Assembly (NCBI GenBank): GCA_037308085.1
Contig: CP147779.1
Location: forward strand, 2,112,001 to 2,176,000
Direction: 5' to 3'
From: Promethearchaeati archaeon SRVP18_Atabeyarchaeia-1
Lineage (GTDB): Archaea > Asgardarchaeota > Atabeyarchaeia > Atabeyarchaeales > Atabeyarchaeaceae
DNA: 64,000 bases
Part shown: positions 10,610 to 18,555 of the stretch, piece after piece
How positions within the stretch are numbered: position 1 is the stretch's first letter
Layout of the letters: each line of letters starts with the position of its first letter
Program-made: the position numbers and the translations under genes
Notes under the pieces: generated by a model
What the model was told of the DNA's origin: nothing
The model's database searches: none
What the model saw: the letters and a program-made list of their open reading frames with translations, nothing else

Positions 10610-12004
10610 TCATACCTCGAATGATGGTGTTACGCCTCTTCTCTTTCTAGTTCTTAGCCACTGTGCCCCCAACTTCACCAGTGTCCTCATCATGGGGACT
10701 TTGGCCTTGTGCAGCAAGGGGAACAAGAAGCTCTTGGTGAATTCCAGGATGAACGGCAGATCCTTGGAGTACTGACGTAGTTCGTCCTTGAGATTCTCTA
10801 TGTGTGGATTCGACCAGCTGGCCCAGAACATCAGGTTATTTGCCATCGGGGTGATCTTCCTCCATTGGGGTGGATCGAAGAAGATCCCAGCCCACAGGTC
10901 AGCCCATTCTCTTGCGGCCGAGAACTCTTCTCCAATAGTGGAATTCTTCCATCTATTCTCGTAGGTGCTAAGGCTCTCGCTCGACGTGTCCCCTCGAGAG
11001 ATGGCTTCCGCAGCGCATTCCGCAGCGATCTTTCCCGATAGCATGGCATAGTGTACTCCCTCAGCTTCAAGCGGGCATGGAAAACCCGCTGCATCGCCGA
11101 TCAGCATTATCCCGTTTCCGGAGGTATTGGTCGGCATTCTCGGCATCCACGGGAGAAGATGGGAATGGAATTCACGAGGCTTCGCTTGGAGTCTACTTAG
11201 GAACCCCTGTAATGGCTTGGAGCGAATGACCCGCCTCAGATATTCGTATGGCCTCGAAGCGGACTTTGAGGTGAGTTTCCCGAGCCACTGCCCAAAGCCT
11301 ACGTGCAGCCCTCCTGGCATCATGGCAACATAGGTGGCGGGGTAAAGCGGTGAAACATATACGTGGTTACCGTACTCCTCTGGACCAACTACCTCATCGA
11401 TTCTATGCATCGGCGCCTCAAAGTCACAGTCAACGACCAGTGTTATCTCGTCAGGTGCCCACTTTTTCCGCAGACCAGCCTTGTTGGCGACGAGCGATAT
11501 CGCTCCATCTGCAGCAATAGTTATGGAGCCCTCTATTCTTTCACCTTTGTCCGTAACAACTCCAGTTACCTTTCCACCAGGATCCTTGATGACGTCCTTG
11601 ACTAGTGTCGAGGTTCTTAGTTCGGCGCCTGCATCAGTCGCCAGCCCAGCGAGGAACTGGTCCAAGTCACGTCTATAGACGTTCAGCTGGAAGAAGTCTC
11701 TTGCCTCAGGATACCGGGCCAGATCGCTGGGCGACCAGCGCATCGTGAACCTCTCATCCAGGTTATCGTCCAGCATGTGAAGAGACTGGTACCTGATCTT
11801 TAGGCTAGGTATCCTCATTTCTCTGATGAATTTGAAGTCTCTCCAAACCCTTGGAGCGAGTCCGCACCCAGACGAGGCTTTCTCGCCTGGTCTCCTCCCA
11901 CGCTCGATCAGAACCGTCTTTAATCCGCTCTCACATGCGGTCTTAGCGGCCAATGATCCGCCTGGGCCTGCACCTACTACGATGAGGTCATATTTCTTAA
12001 CCAT
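10610..12004 (-). CDS. Geranylgeranyl reductase / FixC-family flavoprotein
   Basis: GAGPGG FAD motif, RRDLDQFLA, AADG and IGDAAG..P...EG..YAM.SG; translationally close to the ferredoxin gene. Confidence 0.9.
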   Translation of the reverse strand: MVKKYDLIVVGAGPGGSLAAKTACESGLKTVLIERGRRPGEKASSGCGLAPRVWRDFKFIREMRIPSLKIRYQSLHMLDDNLDERFTMRWSPSDLARYPEARDFFQLNVYRRDLDQFLAGLATDAGAELRTSTLVKDVIKDPGGKVTGVVTDKGERIEGSITIAADGAISLVANKAGLRKKWAPDEITLVVDCDFEAPMHRIDEVVGPEEYGNHVYVSPLYPATYVAMMPGGLHVGFGQWLGKLTSKSASRPYEYLRRVIRSKPLQGFLSRLQAKPREFHSHLLPWMPRMPTNTSGNGIMLIGDAAGFPCPLEAEGVHYAMLSGKIAAECAAEAISRGDTSSESLSTYENRWKNSTIGEEFSAAREWADLWAGIFFDPPQWRKITPMANNLMFWASWSNPHIENLKDELRQYSKDLPFILEFTKSFLFPLLHKAKVPMMRTLVKLGAQWLRTRKRRGVTPSFEV

Positions 12005-12327
12005 TTGCTTTCCCCCGCCTCAGCTCACGGCAAACGTCTTCAATGGTCATGGTGGGTTCGCGCCCTTGGGACCTACGTGACGATAGGGAATCGAGTCGCG
12101 ACCTCGACATTGCCCTAAGAAGAAGTGCACGTGTTAATAAAGCAGTATTATTCGTCCGAGGCTAGGTGCCTGGGGTAATGCTCATCATTGAACTCAAGTA
12201 AGAGACAACTCAAGTCTTTTCGTAGAACTATTGCTCTTCAACTATCATGGAATGAGAGATCGCCACCCAGTGGTACGCCGATGCAGAGAAGCTCAGTCAG
12301 ATAGGAACGCGAATGCGGACAGAGGAA

Positions 12328-12361
12328 GTCAGCTACCCACCCCTGAAAGGCGTGGGGTTCC
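12328..12361 (-). repeat. IS200/IS605-type end-like hairpin (right-end-like)
   Basis: The minus strand reads GGAACCCCACGCCTTTCAGGGGTGGGTAGCTGAC, resembling IS605-group right ends (GAAGCCCC..CTTCAGGG.GGGTAGTTGAC); stem CCCACCCCT/AGGCGTGGG. Confidence 0.5.
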
Positions 12362-12556
12362 CCACAGTAAGCGCCGTGAAGCATTAAGGTGGAAATCTCC
12401 AAGGGGGGAATCATGCCCTGAGTCCTTGCTGGCAGAGCTATTCCCAGGCGTCTTTAGACCGTAATCACAGGCAAGTCTTCATCGTTGAGTTCTGAAAAAA
12501 GAAGGCTGAGGCTCGAAGAGCCGAATCTTGACGCTCGGCGTCTCCCATCTGCTTTG

Positions 12557-13210
12557 CTACTTTCTGCGCCGCCGGAGTAAGAGCATGATAAGCAAGACAA
12601 CTATGATCGCTGCTTCGCCTAGGATAATAAGGTTAGGCAGTGTGAAGAAGTTCGACGCGCTCCAAGCTGTTGTGGATGTCATGGTGAAGTTAAACCAAGC
12701 AATGAGCCAGAACTCCATCTCTGTTATCAGACCAGTCTCCTGATCCCAGTACCAGTCAACTCTCCAGCCCAAGCCCCAGTAGTTGGTGAGTGCCACATGG
12801 TTCTGAGGTCTGCTTGAACCCGCAACTCCTCTTGTGACCGTGTCGTTGATCGTGATTGCCGCTCCGCTGTAGATCGGGTCGTGAGGTTGCAGGTTCGCTG
12901 CTATCACGTAGTTGATGAGAAGCATCCCGATGAGAACGTCGTCCTGAAGCACTTCCGTGAGATTAACCGAGCCACCCGGATTGTAGAGCGTTCTGTTGAG
13001 TGTGACTATGGATCCTACTACTCCATAGACGTATAGATGCATTTTGTTGACGGCGCTCCACGTCTGGCTATATGTATAATTCGCTGTGGCGCCGAGGTTT
13101 ACTCCGACCTTAGTGTAATCTGCTGCCCTCGCAGGATTCGAGCCAAGAGTCGCCGATAAAACCAGCAGAACAGAGAGCAAAGCAAAGGAACATATTAGCT
13201 TCCTTCTCAC
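12557..13210 (-). CDS. Secreted / C-terminally anchored surface protein
   Basis: N-terminal signal peptide, GV..G....Y.Y motif, YWDQETGL, C-terminal TM plus RRRRK; start probably GTG 13210. Confidence 0.8.
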   Translation of the reverse strand: MRRKLICSFALLSVLLVLSATLGSNPARAADYTKVGVNLGATANYTYSQTWSAVNKMHLYVYGVVGSIVTLNRTLYNPGGSVNLTEVLQDDVLIGMLLINYVIAANLQPHDPIYSGAAITINDTVTRGVAGSSRPQNHVALTNYWGLGWRVDWYWDQETGLITEMEFWLIAWFNFTMTSTTAWSASNFFTLPNLIILGEAAIIVVLLIMLLLRRRRK

Positions 13211-13488
13211 AAAGAATCCTCCATCTCTGCCCACAGTATCGCGTTAATTTCACTTAGTGCTGAGGATCCTAATTAGGATTGCTTCCTCCGTCATTCACCA
13301 TGCCGCGGCCGTTCTGAAGCACTGCTAATTTTGAGGCCGTTGGAAAAGGATGGAAGGGCGCTTGAACACTCTCCTCCTTGCCTCCGTGGGTTAGAGGAAG
13401 TTGAGAGGCAGGCAATTTCTCACAGTATCTCCAAAGGATTTAAGCAGGCGCTGGCTCTAAGCGTCCATTCTGGAGTCTCACTGCGGGT

Positions 13489-13535
13489 CCTGCCACCCCC
13501 AAGGGGGCGTGGGCTTCCTCGCGGCGCTGAGGTGA
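13489..13535 (-). repeat. IS200/IS605-type end-like hairpin (left-end-like)
   Basis: The minus strand reads TCAC-CTCAGCGCCGCGAGGAAGCCCACGCCCCCTTGGGGGTGGCAGG, similar to the hairpin at 12328-12361 and in the same orientation. Confidence 0.4.
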
Positions 13536-13542
13536 AGGAGCA

Positions 13543-14115
13543 ATGGTTAAAGTGGAGCGAAAACGCTGTGGATGGGGAACGGCGAATTCCTGGGAGACTA
13601 GATACCATGATGAAGAGTGGGGCGTACCATCACACGACGATAGTAAGCTCTACGAACTTCTCACACTTGAGGGCGCGCAGGCTGGGCTTAGCTGGCTCAC
13701 GATCCTTAAGAAACGGGAAAACTACCGCAAAGCCTTCGCCAACTTCGATCCAGCTAAGGTCGCTGAGTTCAAAGAAGGAGATATCAAGAGGCTTCTCCAA
13801 GACGAAGGAATAGTCCGGAATCGCCTCAAAATAGAATCTGCCTTAGGAAATGCCAGAAAGATCATTGGAATTCAAAGAGGGTACGGGTCCTTTGACAAGT
13901 ATATCTGGCAGTTTATAGGGGGCAAACCCATCAAGAATAGATTCAAGTCGGGCAGAGAGGTCCCTGCAACAAGCATGGAATCGGATGCCATGAGCAAAGA
14001 CCTGAAAAAGCGGGGATTCAGATTCGTCGGTTCCACAATTTGTTACTCTTTCATGCAGGCTGTTGGAATGGTGAACGACCATCTAGTAGACTGTTTTCGA
14101 TACGATGAAGTATAG
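13543..14115 (+). CDS. tag: DNA-3-methyladenine glycosylase I
   Basis: RCGW...YHDEEWG, LEGAQAGLSW, GIVRNRLKI, FVGSTICYSFMQAVGMVNDH..C. Confidence 0.96.
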   Translation: MVKVERKRCGWGTANSWETRYHDEEWGVPSHDDSKLYELLTLEGAQAGLSWLTILKKRENYRKAFANFDPAKVAEFKEGDIKRLLQDEGIVRNRLKIESALGNARKIIGIQRGYGSFDKYIWQFIGGKPIKNRFKSGREVPATSMESDAMSKDLKKRGFRFVGSTICYSFMQAVGMVNDHLVDCFRYDEV

Positions 14116-14347
14116 AGCACACTCAGGTTGGCGAGCTACGGAAATGCAGGCCGTGTCATACAGTACCGGCCGCAGCTCGGGTGAAGACAAATCGCTGATA
14201 TTCCAAGATAGGGAAGGAGCGCCGACTTGAGACCTAACCTCACAGAATAGGTCGGATGAGCTTGCTTTTCCCTAGGCAACTCTACAGTCGTCCTTCTCAG
14301 TTCGTCGTGTGTGTCTTCTCGTTGAGTAGATGGAACCAAAGCTTTTT

Positions 14348-14833
14348 TCAGCGGGGCTTTTTGGCGATGTCGATTTCAAAGAGCCTGCGTTCTGGCGCGG
14401 ATGCGATCACTTCAGCCAGGGCCTCGTTACGCGTCCCTTTTGATATTCCCTCTGTCACTTCTTTAACTACTTCGGGGTTGACAGTTATGGTTACGGCGTT
14501 TTCTGAGGATGCCGTCACGAATCTCGCAGCTATTCTTCGCCGCGATTCCTTCACTTTCAATCTCTGGTTTCCAATGGTACACTGCGTAGTCAATTGTATG
14601 CCGTCAAGGGTGCATGAGAACGGCGTCCGAAGGTGCACTTGGACATACGCAAGCAGCTCCATGTCTGGCTGATTTCCAGGGTTCAGGAGCTGCTTGGCGG
14701 CTCTTCCCATCCTGACGCCGATAACGAGAAACGGCCCCAAATGGCCGTGCAGCTCCACAGCGTCTTCAATTTGCGATTCTAGTTCCTTCATCTCTTCAGT
14801 CACCCTTGATCTTTCTAACGTCTGCCCTCTCAA
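14348..14833 (-). CDS. FmdE-family protein
   Basis: LHGHLGP...GVRMG, C..DGIQ..TQCT.GN. Confidence 0.88.
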   Translation of the reverse strand: MRGQTLERSRVTEEMKELESQIEDAVELHGHLGPFLVIGVRMGRAAKQLLNPGNQPDMELLAYVQVHLRTPFSCTLDGIQLTTQCTIGNQRLKVKESRRRIAARFVTASSENAVTITVNPEVVKEVTEGISKGTRNEALAEVIASAPERRLFEIDIAKKPR

Positions 14834-15335
14834 GCAACCCTATGACAGGAAACGTTATGACAATTGCAATAGCCCCTCCCACCGCATGCCACACTCCCCA
14901 GAATACCAGGGCCAATTCCAGCCCCATCCCCATGAAGAAAAGGCCGATGACTACACCGGCAACGTAGGCTGATAGTAGGACCGCAATGGCGGTTATAGTC
15001 AAGCTGAACACAGAGAGGCGGATTCTGTGATGGTTTGCAATCAGCACGAGATCAAAGATTATTGCCGCAGGTAGGAAACCGATCATAAGAGTCATGCCAG
15101 ATATGAGCATGGCGAGCGTTGAGCCTATGATTCCCGTCATTGAGCTAGTGCCGAATCGCCCCGTTATCCATGCTACCAGCAGAAGTGTGAAGAAAACCCC
15201 GAAATCGTGAATTATCGGGAGGCCGGTCAGCATGAAACTCAGGGGTCCAAGCGTCAGGTTTAGGATCACCCAGATGGCGCAGAAGATTCCTGTTAGCGCG
15301 ATATCCTTTGTAGTGAGATAGGGATCGTCACCCAT
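14796..15335 (-). CDS. ECF transporter S-component-like membrane protein
   Basis: TTKDIAL.GIF.A N-terminus and about 6 TM, typical of ECF S-components. Confidence 0.7.
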   Translation of the reverse strand: MGDDPYLTTKDIALTGIFCAIWVILNLTLGPLSFMLTGLPIIHDFGVFFTLLLVAWITGRFGTSSMTGIIGSTLAMLISGMTLMIGFLPAAIIFDLVLIANHHRIRLSVFSLTITAIAVLLSAYVAGVVIGLFFMGMGLELALVFWGVWHAVGGAIAIVITFPVIGLLERADVRKIKGD

Positions 15336-15394
15336 TCTTTCACCTCAGGAACGTTCTCTTTGGCAAGTGGTTACAGGTGATCCCGCGCTTCTTG

Positions 15395-15422
15395 GTAATA
15401 AATTTTTGCCACATAGTAATAC
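15395..15422. promoter_or_regulatory. Putative NikR-type operator
   Basis: GTAATA-N16-TAATAC overlapping an AT-rich TATA-like tract, 60 bp upstream of the ECF-S/FmdE genes; the E. coli NikR consensus is GTATGA-N16-TCATAC. Confidence 0.45.
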
Positions 15423-15731
15423 TAATCGAGCGAATTCTGTCAAAATAGTAGTACTCGCCCTCGCGCACGGCGAGCGCATGCCTTGGACCTTTCGGCGAAG
15501 CGCGAACATCCTACGCGCAACGCGCTCGACTCTGAGCCAGACCGCACTTCGGCGGAGAGGATAAGCGACGAGTTCCAACGAAGTCAAAAAAAAAGTAAGT
15601 GCAGCGCATATGCGGACTATCGAGAGCCGATCTCCAGCATACCCTCAGAGTAAAGGCACGACCCTATATGCCAACAAGAGGCAAGGAATAAGGCCGATTT
15701 GCCCCGGGAAACGGGGAGAGAAACCTAGAAC

Positions 15732-16361
15732 CTACGGCATATACCAGCTTGGGGTTGAGTTGACCTTGTAGAACTGCGTGGCAAAGGTGGCTTTAGCTGA
15801 CGGCGTAAAGACGTTGTAGGGGCATATCGCGTTGCTATTTGAGAGAACACCGAAGTGAACGTGGGCGCCATTACCAAACACAAGTAGATTGCCGACCGTC
15901 TGGTTCGCCACAACGAGTTGACCCAAAACAACCGAAACTGCATCTGCCTCCAGGTTCCCATATGTTTCATTCAAAGCCCAAGATTCGAAGATGATCTCGA
16001 TTGCCCACTGCGAGTTGATCCAGAGCCGGACATTCGTCTGCCAATGTCCGCCCTTGTCATTGAACCACGTCCTGACCTCGTCAACGTAGGCGCTGAAAGG
16101 GCAAACGAAATTCGTCGTTCCATTCACGGAGAAGTCGATGCCGTTGTGATAGTAGGTTGTATTATCTAGGCGGTGAATGTTTCCGAACCCGCCGATCATG
16201 TTGTTATGAGAGAAATCATATAGTGGGAGACCTATGGCTGGAGTCTCTCCAAGAGGTAGGGTACCCGGATGCCTGAATAAGAAGAGCCAAGCCAACCCGC
16301 TGCCGACGCAGAGAAGGGAAACTATCACGGCGCTAGCAGCGATCTTGACCTTCCTAGACAT
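15732..16361 (-). CDS. Membrane-anchored M23-family metallopeptidase-like protein
   Basis: N-terminal TM; HNGID (HxxxD) and AHVHF (HxH) Zn motifs; V..GQ.V...Q.VG segment. Confidence 0.75.
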   Translation of the reverse strand: MSRKVKIAASAVIVSLLCVGSGLAWLFLFRHPGTLPLGETPAIGLPLYDFSHNNMIGGFGNIHRLDNTTYYHNGIDFSVNGTTNFVCPFSAYVDEVRTWFNDKGGHWQTNVRLWINSQWAIEIIFESWALNETYGNLEADAVSVVLGQLVVANQTVGNLLVFGNGAHVHFGVLSNSNAICPYNVFTPSAKATFATQFYKVNSTPSWYMP

Positions 16362-16544
16362 ATTGACTCCCCGCATATTCACATAGCGGAGGTTTAGTTG
16401 ACCAACTATTTAACCTTTCCAACATCAACCCAACTTGATCTAGGGAAGTGGCGATCATGCGGATGGCAGCTTAAATACTTCTGTACCGCACTGACTTCTG
16501 CGGAAAACCTGAGATGGTTGCGCAATTGGTGGCTTGGGGTAGCA

Positions 16545-17657
16545 ATGCCTAATCGCCGACCCTCGTACGACAGGAGAGTATCTAGAAAGACGGCCTTTGA
16601 GGCCTTATTTGGCGCCTTCAGGTCCCTGACCGAGGGTGGATCCCTCAGGCAAAGAATCGAATGGCTGGGCGAGTATCCCCTTCTAGCCATCGCTTCCCCA
16701 AGAGAAACACTTCATGCATTTCAGTCTCTGTGCAGTCCCTCGTTGGAAGACGGAGACGTATCTGGCGCTCCGGATCCAATGCTGTCTGCGATAATCGGGC
16801 GAGACCATGACTCAATTAGGCGATTACTTGAGGGGGAGCACTTCGTCGCATTCAGTTATCTGGAATCGAAGACGGGATCGCTGACAAAGAGATGCGAGAC
16901 TCTATCGGAACAGCAGCAAGCGATCAGAGAGCTTTTCAGAGAGAAGTATGGTTCAGGGCTTGCCACAGTCGTTAGAAGTGACAATCTGCACTCGAACGGA
17001 TATAACTCAATTAGAGAAAGTGTAACTAACCTAATTTCAGCCGATTTCTTCATGTCAAAAGGCTACATGACGCAAGGCGACACTGGGTCTGGGCCAGACG
17101 TAATAGTATTCAAGACTAGCCTAGTCAATGAACTTAGGGAACGGAGATTCATAGGAACAGGAGCAAGCATACTAGAGCTTGCAGCGATAAGAGCACTGGG
17201 CAAAGTGCATGAGACCTTCAAGGATGGTGCTGCAGAAGATGAGGTTATTGCAGTCGAGTCCGAATCCGTTAGTCCCCTGAAAGGAATAGGCCAGCTAGGG
17301 GGAGGATATGGCAGCAGGGCATTCGCTTACATGGGATTCTTTGATCGGAGAGTCCTTGCCGCGCCCTTCCTCAGCCAAGGCGCCGCGAATCTTGATATAC
17401 TGACCTATGGCCCACACGGCATAGAATATCGAGCAAGCGGCAAGACAAACCCTGCGTCCGATTTCTGGAAGAGCAAGAAAAGCGCATTCATAAGAGCCCT
17501 GCACGATTCGATGAAAGCGACGCTGCTGCTGAACCTCGACTTCGAGGAGATCTCCAGCATGATCTCTCGCCGACCGCCAACGGCGCGCCAAGTTCTCCGA
17601 GAGATGCCAACGTTGAAGCTGGAAAAGATCCTAGACAAGATTGAAAGCGCGATCTAG
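16545..17657 (+). CDS. Hypothetical protein, possible PD-(D/E)xK nuclease fold
   Basis: Long ORF with likely start ATG 16545; GPDVIVF ... VIAVESE pattern. Confidence 0.55.
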   Translation: MPNRRPSYDRRVSRKTAFEALFGAFRSLTEGGSLRQRIEWLGEYPLLAIASPRETLHAFQSLCSPSLEDGDVSGAPDPMLSAIIGRDHDSIRRLLEGEHFVAFSYLESKTGSLTKRCETLSEQQQAIRELFREKYGSGLATVVRSDNLHSNGYNSIRESVTNLISADFFMSKGYMTQGDTGSGPDVIVFKTSLVNELRERRFIGTGASILELAAIRALGKVHETFKDGAAEDEVIAVESESVSPLKGIGQLGGGYGSRAFAYMGFFDRRVLAAPFLSQGAANLDILTYGPHGIEYRASGKTNPASDFWKSKKSAFIRALHDSMKATLLLNLDFEEISSMISRRPPTARQVLREMPTLKLEKILDKIESAI

Positions 17658-17740
17658 ACAACAACTGAAATCCCAAACTCGTTTGAGACTTCTGACATCA
17701 AGAAGCAGCAGCATAGATGCGCTTTCGTAACCAGTGGGGG

Positions 17741-18223
17741 CTACTTCTTCTTTTCGGGCTGTTTCCCACTCATGTACTCTATGTCTATTCTGCCTATGAG
17801 CGCATCCTTTAGCTTCTCCGCGCTGAGCTTTGCTATCTGGGATTCAGGGTCCTTCTCGAGTTGCCTCATCATGCACCTCATAGCCATGACTTTCTCTTCT
17901 GGTTTGGAGATGAAGGATACCTTACCTGAGAAATGCACCGACGAGAAAAGGTGATTGCATTGCCCCTCGTCGTAGCCGTGGTCTATGAAGGACTGACCCC
18001 ATACCCTGTTGTTCGAATTAAGGTAGTCGATCTTCTTACCCTCCGCCGCACAGTGGAAGTAGATGCAGTTGTGTTTATCATCGTACCCGTGGCTCAGGGT
18101 CACAAGATACGGTTGATTATTTTTTGAGAGCGCGATGGTGATATATTTCGTGGACTTCAGTATTCTTCTCAGCTCACTCGCGTCCGTTATCTCCTTGTCT
18201 TTTCGCCTCATATGATATGTCAT
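17741..18223 (-). CDS. Pyridoxamine 5'-phosphate oxidase family (NimA-like) flavin-binding protein
   Basis: MRRKDKEI, QPY.V.LS.GY, IYFHCA.EGKK.D, SV.F.G. Confidence 0.9.
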   Translation of the reverse strand: MTYHMRRKDKEITDASELRRILKSTKYITIALSKNNQPYLVTLSHGYDDKHNCIYFHCAAEGKKIDYLNSNNRVWGQSFIDHGYDEGQCNHLFSSVHFSGKVSFISKPEEKVMAMRCMMRQLEKDPESQIAKLSAEKLKDALIGRIDIEYMSGKQPEKKK

Positions 18224-18555
18224 TACTCTTCAACTCCAGGCAAAACCCACTGACTTGAGGCTCTGCCACTCATCTCATTCTTCTCACGGTGAGCATTCAA
18301 ACGCAAAGATGCCAGCACCGACGAATCGTCAGGATGCGTTTTGCATGACAAACGTGAGACGGTGTCTCAACTAATTGAAGTTCTACTGGGCACAAACTTA
18401 TAAGCGCATCCTGCAAACGCCAGCAAATGCGATAATACTCAGATCGCATGCTACGTGGGCCCATGCCCGATTCTCGACTTATGGTAAGTGTTAAATCTCC
18501 AAACCCAGCATCATAAACCCATCTCAACTGTGGGAAACCTGAGGGTGAGGAGAGA

